NCBI GenBank assembly: GCA_965217035.1
Contig: OZ244226.1
Coordinates: forward strand, 62,001-126,000
Reading direction: 5' to 3'
Length of the DNA: 64,000 nt
Origin: Bacteriovoracaceae bacterium
GTDB taxonomy: Bacteria > Bdellovibrionota > Bacteriovoracia > Bacteriovoracales > Bacteriovoracaceae
This document shows, piece by piece, positions 48,630 through 58,188 of this stretch. The notes under the pieces are model-generated. The model saw nothing but the letters and a program-made list of their open reading frames with translations. It searched no databases and had not been told where the DNA came from. The stretch's first letter is position 1. Each line of letters begins with the position of its first letter. The translations under genes were made by a program, and so were the position numbers.

Positions 48630-50636
48630 ATGCTATCAAAAATTAGCCGCCCTTTTTTCCTAGACCGAAAGTCGCGATTTCCACTTCTCAGCTATCTGGG
48701 AAAAATTGGGCTCGTTTTATTTTTTCTATACACGAGCTTTCGACTTGGTTTTTATATTTTTTTTCAAACTTCTGACGAAATGGAGTTGATTGGAAATGCT
48801 TTTTATCTTGGGGCCAAGTTTGATCTTCGTCTGATAGGAATCCAATTACTTTTACTCTATCTTTTTACGATAATCCCTAAGAAGATTTGGAAAATAAAGT
48901 TTTTAAGGTCCTTTAATATTTCAGCCTTTGTTCTGATTCAATCCATTATCATTTTCGGATACTTTGTTGATTTCGGACATTATGCCTATCTCAATAAGAG
49001 AGTCCATATTTCCTTAGTCGACACCATGGAAAACCCTTGGATCTCTCTCAAGATGGTGGCCCAGAGTTATCCCATCATACCTTTGACTCTTGGTCTCATT
49101 GTGATCTTTATTATTATTTATTATCTCTACCGAAATCATTTCTCTCTCTATTTGCATTCTATTAATACATCTCCTCTGTTTACACGAGTCATCGAAAGAG
49201 TTTTACTTTTCTCTCTTATCGTAGGTGCAATTTATGGGAAATTTTCTTATTTCCCCCTCCGTTGGAGTGAAGCCTATTTCTCTCCTGATAACTTTGTGTC
49301 CCAAATGACCTTAAACCCGATTCTTAATTTCTTAGAGACACTTAAATTTGATAAAGATGATTATGATAAAAAGCTCGTCAAAAGTTATTATCCTCTAATG
49401 GCTGATTTTCTAGGAATTGCAGTTGCAAATCGAGAAGAACTTAACTTTCGACGCTCTTACCAAGCAAAAGAAGGTAATAAACCCAATATTGTTCTTATCC
49501 AATTAGAATCTCTTGCGGCTAATAAAACTTCAATTTTTGATAATCCTTTAAATCCAACTCCATTCTTAAAAGAAATAGCCGATCAATCCCTCGTCTATAA
49601 AAAGTTTTTTACACCAACTGAAGCAACGGCGAGAGGAGTATGGGCAACACTCACGGGAATGGCCGATATCGCAAAAAGGAAATCAAGCTCTCGTAACCCT
49701 CATCTCGTTGATCAAAACACCATAATGAATCAATTTGAAGGTTATAAAAAACTCTATTTTCTTGGTGGAAGTGCTAACTGGGGTAATATTCGTTCTCTTT
49801 TTTCAAATAATGTAAAAAACATTGAGATTTTTGAAGAAGGCTCTTTTGGAGACTCTAAAAGAGTTGATGTTTGGGGGATTAGTGATCTTGATCTCTTTAA
49901 AGAAGCTCATAAGAGACTTAATACAATCAATAAACCCTTTATTGCTTATATTCAATCAGCAGGGTTCCACAGACCTTATACCATTCCTAAAGACAATGAG
50001 AGCTTCCAATTAAAGAAAGTTCCTACCGATAAAATTGATAAGTATGGATTCATTTCTTTAGAAGAATATAACTCACTTCGTTTTCAAGACCATGCCTTTG
50101 GTCATTTTATGAAGCTCGCAAAAAATTCGAACTACTCTAAAAACACCATCTTTGTCATCTTTGGAGATCATGGACTTCCTGCGGGAAAAGAAAGTCTTAA
50201 TGTTCCCAAAGGTTATTATAAACATAGGCTAGTTTTGCACCATACTCCTTTAGTGATTTATTATCCATCGAAAGTTCCGCCAGAAGTCGATGACACAACA
50301 ATTGGTGGTCTTCATGATATTCTTCCAACAGTTTCATCACTTGCAGGATCAAGCTGGAACACACAAACATTAGGAAGAGATCTTAAAACTCCTCGTGAAC
50401 CAGATCAAAACTATACTTTTATTTATTCTTGGCAATCTCCCGTTACAACGGGAGTCATAGGGGAGAAGTACTATCTTGAACACCGAGCAGATAACTTTGA
50501 ACTTTATGAATATGAAAGCGAAACACCTATGATTGATCTCTCAAAAACTCTCTATAATGAAGCTCAATCACTTGAAAATCTCAGAAAAGCTTTCTATGAG
50601 ACGACCAAATATATGCGCTTTCAAAACCGCAAATAG
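48630..50636 (+). CDS. LTA synthase / sulfatase-like membrane protein
   Basis: About five N-terminal TM helices; PNIVLIQLES, TARG (Thr nucleophile), HRPY, FGDHG. Confidence 0.88.
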   Translation: MLSKISRPFFLDRKSRFPLLSYLGKIGLVLFFLYTSFRLGFYIFFQTSDEMELIGNAFYLGAKFDLRLIGIQLLLLYLFTIIPKKIWKIKFLRSFNISAFVLIQSIIIFGYFVDFGHYAYLNKRVHISLVDTMENPWISLKMVAQSYPIIPLTLGLIVIFIIIYYLYRNHFSLYLHSINTSPLFTRVIERVLLFSLIVGAIYGKFSYFPLRWSEAYFSPDNFVSQMTLNPILNFLETLKFDKDDYDKKLVKSYYPLMADFLGIAVANREELNFRRSYQAKEGNKPNIVLIQLESLAANKTSIFDNPLNPTPFLKEIADQSLVYKKFFTPTEATARGVWATLTGMADIAKRKSSSRNPHLVDQNTIMNQFEGYKKLYFLGGSANWGNIRSLFSNNVKNIEIFEEGSFGDSKRVDVWGISDLDLFKEAHKRLNTINKPFIAYIQSAGFHRPYTIPKDNESFQLKKVPTDKIDKYGFISLEEYNSLRFQDHAFGHFMKLAKNSNYSKNTIFVIFGDHGLPAGKESLNVPKGYYKHRLVLHHTPLVIYYPSKVPPEVDDTTIGGLHDILPTVSSLAGSSWNTQTLGRDLKTPREPDQNYTFIYSWQSPVTTGVIGEKYYLEHRADNFELYEYESETPMIDLSKTLYNEAQSLENLRKAFYETTKYMRFQNRK

Positions 50637-50655
50637 AATTTCTTTCTATAAAAAT

Positions 50656-50718
50656 AAAAAAAGGGCCCTGCGAGAAGCCCCTTTTTTTCGAAGTCAAAAG
50701 ACCCTGCGAGAAGTCTTT
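50656..50718. terminator. Tandem terminator-like hairpins with an identical loop
   Basis: GGGC-CCTGCGAGAA-GCCC flanked by A and T runs, then AAAGAC-CCTGCGAGAA-GTCTTT; between convergent genes. Confidence 0.65.
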
Positions 50719-50723
50719 ATATT

Positions 50724-51353
50724 TTAGAGTAATTTTTCGTTATAGTTAAGCTCAAGAGGTCTAATCGTACCTTCTCCTCTTTGACCACCAAAAAGAAAGA
50801 GATCATCTCCCTTTCTGTCAGTAGCGAGTCCGATAATATCAAACTCAACGTCTGCATTATTTTTCATATCAAAACCAAAGCATGATCTTTCTTTAAGAGA
50901 AAAGTTATCATAAGCCTTTTTCATATCGATACGACATTCACTATCTCTATACATTTCAGCGAGCTTCTTTCTTACGACTGGATTAAAGAGTCTGAGTCCC
51001 GTACTCTCGTACTTGTAATCAACTTCGCGAGTAGGGACCTCATTCTCCAGCTGACTTCCAAGGCCGTATGAGCCCGCTGATTCGAGGAGGGTGAGGCTTC
51101 CCTTACAATCATTTTTAGCAAAGAGATAAAGCGTCTCTTTAAATGATTTATCCTCGTTATATGAAATTGAGTATCTTGCACTTTTAAAAACTGGGTGTTG
51201 ATAAGCATAACATTCGGCAAAGAAAGTTTTAGACTGAATGAGGGCTTGAAACTGCTCGTTATTAAGTTGATGCCTGATGATATCCTGAGACGGAGCACCG
51301 CTATAGTTAGTAGCGACGACGATGTTGAGGAAAGTTGCGATCAAACTAAACAT
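50724..51353 (-). CDS. Hypothetical exported protein
   Basis: Probable ATG 51353 after GAAGG; four Cys; beta-rich. Confidence 0.55.
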   Translation of the reverse strand: MFSLIATFLNIVVATNYSGAPSQDIIRHQLNNEQFQALIQSKTFFAECYAYQHPVFKSARYSISYNEDKSFKETLYLFAKNDCKGSLTLLESAGSYGLGSQLENEVPTREVDYKYESTGLRLFNPVVRKKLAEMYRDSECRIDMKKAYDNFSLKERSCFGFDMKNNADVEFDIIGLATDRKGDDLFLFGGQRGEGTIRPLELNYNEKLL

Positions 51354-51602
51354 ACCTTCACCTAAAACCCTTACTGTTATGTCTAAGTTCTTTACTATTA
51401 TACTCTGAGATTCCTTAAACATATTAACGATTTAGCCTAATCCGGTTTATTTTGAATAGAGCTTTGACAGTAGCAAGAATATTACCAAGCAAAGTTGGCA
51501 TAGTTTGATGAAGTTTCGAAATTTTCATTTTATAAGGATAAAATGCAGGTAAAAGTGTCTCAAAAAAGCAATTTCCTACTTTCAATAACTTAGAGAATAA
51601 TT

Positions 51603-51630
51603 TATTCTTATAATTAATATTATAAGAATG
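51603..51630. other. dif-like symmetric site
   Basis: TATTCTTATAA-TTAATA-TTATAAGAATG: 11-6-11 layout with ATAA/TTAT inner ends, directly upstream of a Xer-like gene. Confidence 0.55.
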
Positions 51631-51645
51631 GATTCAATAATATTT

Positions 51646-52554
51646 ATGAAAAAGAAGCACGAATATTGGCTCACTTTATACCTGCAGAATCTGCATAAGA
51701 ATAATCGGTCAAAACACACAATACTTAACTACCAAAAAGATCTGACTCATTTTATCAATTGGTATGAGTGGCATTTCTTCAAAAAGTTGAACAAGGCAAC
51801 ACCGCAAGAGATTTCAAATTATTTAATCGAAATTTCTGGACCTGATAAATTTCAAAAACGATCCGCTTTTAAAATTTTTGTCGAACAGGTTCCACCAAAA
51901 CCGAAAATTTTATCAGTGGCCTCGCGACGCCGAAGACTTTCGGCCCTTACAAATTTCTATGAATTTCTCATGCATTATTTTGACTTCAAGATTGTGAGAA
52001 ACTCTCCAATCAGAAAACAACTTCATTCCATTAGATTAAAAGATGTCGATGTGAATCACACCGAGGGAATGAGTAAAGATACTTTTGAAAAAATACTGGA
52101 ACAGGCGAGGGGAAGAAGAGAACGGCTGATCCTTAAACTTCTTTATTACGGTGGGCTAAGACTCTCCGAACTTACCAATCTTTGGGTTGATGATATGTCT
52201 TTAGACTCGGCCACACTTTATCTTAAAAGAAAGGGAGGTAAGACACATAAATTAAAACTCATAAATTTTTATGAAATCCACCAAGACTATTGGAATTATA
52301 TCGAATTTTATGGAATTAAAGACGGGCCTTTGTTTCCTAACGAATTTAAAGTTCCGATTACTTCAAGAGCGATGTCTGCTGTTATCAAAAGAATTCTCCT
52401 GCGCGCAGGAGAAGAGGGCCTAACCCCTCATAGTTTTCGAAAGGGTTGTGCGACCTATCTTTATCAAGAAACAAAAGATCTGCTTTTTGTTCGAGACTAT
52501 CTTAATCATAGTGATGCCAAAGTGACGCAAACCTATATAGAAAACTCACCTTAG
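51646..52554 (+). CDS. Xer-like tyrosine recombinase B
   Basis: RSKHTILNYQKDL, GGLRLSEL, RKGGK, TPHSFRK, LNHSDAKVTQTY; start ATG 51646 (alternative 51628). Confidence 0.9.
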   Translation: MKKKHEYWLTLYLQNLHKNNRSKHTILNYQKDLTHFINWYEWHFFKKLNKATPQEISNYLIEISGPDKFQKRSAFKIFVEQVPPKPKILSVASRRRRLSALTNFYEFLMHYFDFKIVRNSPIRKQLHSIRLKDVDVNHTEGMSKDTFEKILEQARGRRERLILKLLYYGGLRLSELTNLWVDDMSLDSATLYLKRKGGKTHKLKLINFYEIHQDYWNYIEFYGIKDGPLFPNEFKVPITSRAMSAVIKRILLRAGEEGLTPHSFRKGCATYLYQETKDLLFVRDYLNHSDAKVTQTYIENSP

Positions 52555-52628
52555 GATTTCCCTATACGAGCAACTGAAGAGATGTTATCTAGTTTCTTCA
52601 TAAAAATACAATCAACAAGGGGATCCTT

Positions 52629-53450
52629 ATGAAATTGAAAAGCCTAATAATCTCGTTCCTTATGCTATTCTCAGGTTTTGTTCACTCAACAGATAAAGCC
52701 TGTGTTCCTAGTGATGAAGTTCAATGCCTAAATGAAGAAATTAGTTGTAATGTAAAAGTCATTGAAACATTTCCCATTGCTAGAATTAAGCTCAACAAAG
52801 TACTTGATTATAAAAGCCACCAAACAATTAAAGGTATTTCCAATTATAAGTTTGAAACTCAAGAAATTGACGAGTTGGAAGTTCTTTCTAAAAAACATTA
52901 TAACGGTAACCCGCAAGATTATGCTATGTATAGCGACCTAGGAGATGATCAAGCGAAAGTCTCTACAGTGACTCTTCTTACAGAGCAAATCGCTTATTCA
53001 ATGGATGTTAAGATTCACAACGAATTGACTGAAGTTAAAGATTACACAGATGAAGAGCTCGAAAATATGGGCTTTAAAAAGCAAGTCCAAATGACTTTTA
53101 ACGGTGATAAAAACCATATGCATTTCGAGTCTTTTGAATCTTCTAACCCTGTCCTTAAAAAGGATTACGGTCTAGACAAGAAAGTAAATCACCTAGTAAT
53201 GGAAGCTAGGCTTGAGAAAAATGGTTTCATTTCTTTGAAGTCTGAGTTTAGTGTCTTTGACCTTAAGCCTAGTGGTGAATCGAGAGAAGCTTCTGCCGGG
53301 TTAGAAGGGGAGTTTTTAATTTCTTATGATAACCCAAACTTCCAAGCGACTTTAAAACTTGAAAATCCAAAGTTTACAGAATTTTATAAAATAACAAAAA
53401 GAATCTCTGTTATGGGAGCAATGACCAAGCTCAAAATTTCTTGTAAGTAA
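52629..53450 (+). CDS. Hypothetical secreted protein
   Basis: AAGGGG RBS, signal peptide, four Cys. Confidence 0.6.
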   Translation: MKLKSLIISFLMLFSGFVHSTDKACVPSDEVQCLNEEISCNVKVIETFPIARIKLNKVLDYKSHQTIKGISNYKFETQEIDELEVLSKKHYNGNPQDYAMYSDLGDDQAKVSTVTLLTEQIAYSMDVKIHNELTEVKDYTDEELENMGFKKQVQMTFNGDKNHMHFESFESSNPVLKKDYGLDKKVNHLVMEARLEKNGFISLKSEFSVFDLKPSGESREASAGLEGEFLISYDNPNFQATLKLENPKFTEFYKITKRISVMGAMTKLKISCK

Positions 53451-53624
53451 TAACTCTGGGGTGGGACCTTCTACTTCCCCCCCACTTAACCCCTCGATTT
53501 CACAAACTAGTTTCAATTCGCACCTCAGAATATTTGGCGATGCAAGCTTTTTGCTATGCATCGCGTCGAGTATCTTTCAAAACTGCTTGTTATAGAGTTT
53601 TCATAAACAAAAGTTGGAGATTTC

Positions 53625-55727
53625 ATGAAAGCAATTTCGGTTCTATTTTTCTTGTTCTTCGCCCTTAATTCTTATGCTCAACTAAATCCGGCAACAAAAA
53701 AACTTCACTACTTTATGCAAGAAATGAGTTGGGCAAACCTGATTGGCAAAAATCTAAAAAAATACACCTTTAAAGAATTTAAAAGATTAATTGAAGAAGA
53801 AAAAGCAGACCCCCATGCTTTTATGCAAACAGGAGCAAACGCTCTTCATTTTGCAATCGAAAGTTGGGCTTATCAAAGCAGGGCCGCTGATCCATATTTA
53901 AAAGATTTGAATTTTAAAATTATTAAATATCTTATTGAACTAAAAGCTGACGCTTCTATCATCGATTATCGAGGTCTATCAGGAATTTATTATATTTATC
54001 GCTTTGGTCCAGGACATGAAAAAAGCAAAGAACTTGTTAAAATTTTATTGAAAAATGGAGCAAACCTAAATACTGTTGCTCCAAATGGCTGGCATTTAGT
54101 TCACGGGCTTACACGGTTAAAACTAAATCAAGTCAACGATTTAGTTAAATGGGGAATGAACATTCTCGCCATTGATAAAGATGGTCAGGGGGCAGGGCAT
54201 TTATTTGCCTCCAATAATCTCTTCTATAAACTTTCAGAATACTTTTCAGAAGACATCATCGAAAAACTCGCCAATCAAAAGATGAGTAACGGTATGATGC
54301 CAATTCATTTTGCTGCTACTAATAAAAAAATCGAATCTTTTAAATATCTTGTTGAAATTCAAAAATCTGATCCTGAATTAAAAACAGATACCGATCACAA
54401 TGCTCTCGATTATGCGAAGCTTGTAGGATCAGAAGAAATTATTGGCTATTTAAAAGAGCTTGGGACTCAAGCAGCGGCGCAGGAGCATATTTCTTGTGAA
54501 GCAGGGAAAAACTTTTTTGAACCCAACTTTGAAATTGTCGTTGAACTCATTAACAAATGCCGAATCAAATCAATTGAAATGCTCCTTAGTTTAATGCCAA
54601 AAAGATATATGGCTAACTATATAAAATCTTATTTTTCTCATGCAGTTCAAAACGCATCAGGAGCTTATCCACTCATTACTGTAACTGGACCAGATGCGAC
54701 TTTTATGATGAATTTCAATGGACATCCTAGCCAACGTGGCTATAAAAACTTAGAAATCATTCAATTCAGAAGGGCTCCTGGAAACAAACATTTTGAATTA
54801 AGAGATATTATATTTCCAGAAAGTGAAAAAGGAGAAGTTATTATCTCCGAGAAGAATCCTACTGCTTGTATTGGATGTCATGGAGTTAATCCAAAGCCAC
54901 TCTGGGATTCTTGGACCTTCTGGCCAGGAAAGTTCTTTAGTGATGCACAGACTTTTTCTCCTAATGAGAAAAAATATTTCGATGCCTTCAAGCCTAATCG
55001 AAACTTTGGAAGATATAAGTATCTTGCTGAACTTTCTTATACTCCTCAAAAAAATATTTATGGATATTCAGCTTCAAACCATAATTTCAGAAATAATCAC
55101 ACCGACGATCTTATAGAAATGTTAATGGGAGAAAAAGTTGCATCAGATATGGGACAATATTTGAGCCATATTAGATATGAACTTCTAGCGGCCTTATCTT
55201 GTAAACAACCTGTCACTGATTTTTTTACTGAAGAACAGATCAAAAATCATGATTTAAACTTAAAATCACTTGAACGCCTAACAAGAGAGGCTCTCAAACG
55301 TGAAGTTAAAAACAGAACTGATCTTCAAGAAAGACTTGTTGGAGAAATTCAAGGACGCTATACACTCATTACTAAACTCTTTAATCATTATGATAATAAT
55401 ATTATTCAAGGTAGAAGCAGTGGCTTTAAGCGAACAACAAATATTCGCTATATAGTTGAAAATCTCAGCCAATTTGATCTCAGTGCTTGGTTTACTCCAT
55501 ATAATAATGGATTAGAAAGTTTTATGACTCAAGAATGGGGCCTTGTCGAATTCTTCGCATGGAAAGAACTTCTAGATCCGAAGAAAGATGACGAACTTTA
55601 TAAGCTTTATCAGGCTCGATACAATAAAGTTAAAAGTTCTGGAGGGCTAGGTTTTTGGTCTAATCTCTTCTACGGAGGCGAGTCTGAAAACGTCTGTAAC
55701 TTGTTGAAAAAGAAAATTTCACTCTAA
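53625..55727 (+). CDS. Secreted ankyrin-repeat protein with a CxxCH-containing C-terminal domain
   Basis: Signal peptide; GANALHFAI, GANLN, GMMPIHFAA, NALDYAK ankyrin repeats; NPTACIGCHG..PLWDSWTFWPG. Confidence 0.75.
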   Translation: MKAISVLFFLFFALNSYAQLNPATKKLHYFMQEMSWANLIGKNLKKYTFKEFKRLIEEEKADPHAFMQTGANALHFAIESWAYQSRAADPYLKDLNFKIIKYLIELKADASIIDYRGLSGIYYIYRFGPGHEKSKELVKILLKNGANLNTVAPNGWHLVHGLTRLKLNQVNDLVKWGMNILAIDKDGQGAGHLFASNNLFYKLSEYFSEDIIEKLANQKMSNGMMPIHFAATNKKIESFKYLVEIQKSDPELKTDTDHNALDYAKLVGSEEIIGYLKELGTQAAAQEHISCEAGKNFFEPNFEIVVELINKCRIKSIEMLLSLMPKRYMANYIKSYFSHAVQNASGAYPLITVTGPDATFMMNFNGHPSQRGYKNLEIIQFRRAPGNKHFELRDIIFPESEKGEVIISEKNPTACIGCHGVNPKPLWDSWTFWPGKFFSDAQTFSPNEKKYFDAFKPNRNFGRYKYLAELSYTPQKNIYGYSASNHNFRNNHTDDLIEMLMGEKVASDMGQYLSHIRYELLAALSCKQPVTDFFTEEQIKNHDLNLKSLERLTREALKREVKNRTDLQERLVGEIQGRYTLITKLFNHYDNNIIQGRSSGFKRTTNIRYIVENLSQFDLSAWFTPYNNGLESFMTQEWGLVEFFAWKELLDPKKDDELYKLYQARYNKVKSSGGLGFWSNLFYGGESENVCNLLKKKISL

Positions 55728-55763
55728 ATTGCAAGATCTCCAGAGATAGGATTTAATTATCTT

Positions 55764-56861
55764 ATGGACTGGAGATCAGATTTTCATTCAAAACCAAAAA
55801 GAATCGTTATAAAAGTCGGTTCGTCTTCTGTTAGTAAAGAAGATGGGACTATCAATAAAGCTTTCCTTTCAAAACTATCTAAAGACATCGCTTATTTTAG
55901 AAAAAATAAAATTGAAATTATCCTTGTTTCCTCAGGAGCCATTAATACTGGAAGGCAAGTTATCGATCCAGGGAAAAAGAAAGAAATCGCAACACAACAG
56001 GCATTAGCAGCTATCGGACAACCACTTTTAATGGCTGAGTATCATAAGGTCTTCCTGAAACAAAAATTAATTCTTTCACAAAATCTTCTGACCCATGAAG
56101 ATTTGAGAAATAAAAAGCGACTTATGAATACAAGGAATTGCCTTTTCAAACTTCTCAATAATGGAGTCATTCCGATTATTAATGAAAATGATTCCGTAAG
56201 TTTTGAAGAAATTTCTTCTGGTGATAATGATCAACTAGCTGTTCTTGTTGCCGATGCTATCGATGCTGATTGCCTCGTTCTTCTTACTGAAGCGGATGGT
56301 GTTTATTTAGAGAATCCAGGAAAATCAAAACCACTAAAAAAAATTAAATATAATGAAAAATTTGAAGTTCCTAATTTTGGAAAAACAAAACCTGGTAGGG
56401 GAGGAATTCAAATGAAAATAACAGCAGCGAGAAAACTCACCCGCTTAGGTCGTTCTGTTATTATCTCAAGTTTTAAGGAATCCAAACCCCTTCGCGCTTG
56501 CCTAGAAAAGAATAAAGGAACCTTCTTTCTCCCAAGTGAAAAGGTCGAAAAAAAGGCTCGAATTGCTTCTCTCGTTAAAAATGAGGCACGAATAAATGTC
56601 GATTGGGGCGCTTATAAGGCCCTTCTTAAAAATGGATCGCTCTTGCCTGTTGGGATCACTAAAGTTACTGGTCGCTTTTCTCGAGGTGACTGTGTTCGAC
56701 TTTATTTTAAAGGAGATTGTTTCGGACAAGGCCTTGTTGAATTTAATAATGAAGAAGCAAAGAAACTTATAGGTAAAAAAAGTTCAGAGATAGGGAAAAT
56801 CATAAAAAACGCCCCCTCTCAATTAATCATTCATAGAGATAATCTTTATATAGGGCAATAA
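55764..56861 (+). CDS. proB: Glutamate 5-kinase with PUA domain
   Basis: IVIKVGSS, VSSGA, PIINENDSV, GDNDQL, SLLPVGI. Confidence 0.95.
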   Translation: MDWRSDFHSKPKRIVIKVGSSSVSKEDGTINKAFLSKLSKDIAYFRKNKIEIILVSSGAINTGRQVIDPGKKKEIATQQALAAIGQPLLMAEYHKVFLKQKLILSQNLLTHEDLRNKKRLMNTRNCLFKLLNNGVIPIINENDSVSFEEISSGDNDQLAVLVADAIDADCLVLLTEADGVYLENPGKSKPLKKIKYNEKFEVPNFGKTKPGRGGIQMKITAARKLTRLGRSVIISSFKESKPLRACLEKNKGTFFLPSEKVEKKARIASLVKNEARINVDWGAYKALLKNGSLLPVGITKVTGRFSRGDCVRLYFKGDCFGQGLVEFNNEEAKKLIGKKSSEIGKIIKNAPSQLIIHRDNLYIGQ

Positions 56862-56874
56862 TTTAGGATCGAAA

Positions 56875-58107
56875 ATGAAAGAAATTGCTAAAAAAGTCAA
56901 ACAAGCAGCAAGTGAATTAAGAATGGCAACGGCCGAAGATCGAATCGCTGTTTTAAAAACACTTGCAGAGAAACTCAAATTAAATATGTGTCTTATCCTT
57001 GAAGAAAATGAAAAAGACCTTAGAGCGGCTAAAAAACAAAACCTCTCCACCGCACTTACAGATCGTCTTGTTTTAAATGAAATCAGAGTCAACGCCATAG
57101 CACAAAGTGTATTAGAAGTTGCCCAGCAGGAAGAAGTGTTGGGAAAAATTATTGAAGAAAAGATAAGAGATGATGGACTAAAAATCCAAAAAGAGTTAAT
57201 CCCTCTTGGCGTTGTGGCGATGATTTTTGAATCAAGACCAAACGTGGTCATTGACTCTGCCAGTATCGCTATAAAATCTGGAAATGCTGTTATCTTAAAG
57301 GGAGGAAAAGAGGCTGCTCATTCCAATAAAGTCCTTACCAAACTCGTTCAAGACTCTCTTAAAGACAACGGTCTCTCCGAGCATTGTGTTGAGCAGATTG
57401 AAGCGAGAGATGAAGTTTCTGAAGTCCTTAAACTGAATGAATATATTGATGTCGTTATTCCAAGGGGAGGGGAAAGGCTTATCCATTATGTCTATGAGAA
57501 TGCCACCATGCCAGTCATTGCTCACTTTAAAGGGCTTTGCCATATTTATGTTCATAAAGACGCTAATTTAGAACAAGCAACAGAAATTATCCTCAATGCT
57601 AAAACTCAAAGACCTGGAGTTTGCAATGCTTTGGAGTCTTTATTGCTTCATAAAAGTCTCCCGGAAAAATTCAAAAAGGATATTATCAAAAAACTTTTTG
57701 AACATAACGTAGAACTTAGGGTAAGCGAAGACCTTCAAACATTAAATAATGCTACAAAACTTGCAAGAGCTGAAGATTATGCTACCGAGTATTTAGACCT
57801 GATTCTTTCTATAAAAACAGTCCTTAATGAAGATGAAGCCATTGCTCATATCAATACCTATGGAAGTCATCATACTGAATCCATCCTTGCTCTCGATCCA
57901 GATATTATCAAAAAATTTCAACAGGCAATTGATTGTTCATGCTTAATGGTCAATGCTTCCACTCGTTTTAATGATGGAGGCGAATTGGGACTAGGAGCTG
58001 AACTTGGAATCTCTACTTCAAAATTTCATGCTTATGGACCAATGGGTGTCAAAGAGCTCACCACTGCGCGCTATCTCATTACTGGTAAAGGGCATATACG
58101 AACCTAA
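56875..58107 (+). CDS. proA: Gamma-glutamyl phosphate reductase
   Basis: PLGVVAMIFESRPNV, PGVCNALE, NASTRFNDGGELGLGAE, HAYGPMG. Confidence 0.97.
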   Translation: MKEIAKKVKQAASELRMATAEDRIAVLKTLAEKLKLNMCLILEENEKDLRAAKKQNLSTALTDRLVLNEIRVNAIAQSVLEVAQQEEVLGKIIEEKIRDDGLKIQKELIPLGVVAMIFESRPNVVIDSASIAIKSGNAVILKGGKEAAHSNKVLTKLVQDSLKDNGLSEHCVEQIEARDEVSEVLKLNEYIDVVIPRGGERLIHYVYENATMPVIAHFKGLCHIYVHKDANLEQATEIILNAKTQRPGVCNALESLLLHKSLPEKFKKDIIKKLFEHNVELRVSEDLQTLNNATKLARAEDYATEYLDLILSIKTVLNEDEAIAHINTYGSHHTESILALDPDIIKKFQQAIDCSCLMVNASTRFNDGGELGLGAELGISTSKFHAYGPMGVKELTTARYLITGKGHIRT

Positions 58108-58188
58108 TGCAAAAAAGAAACGGTAAGAAGTTTTCCGTTTCAAAAAACCTCCTTAAACATTAAAATAATAAGAGGCAGGAGGTCTCAA

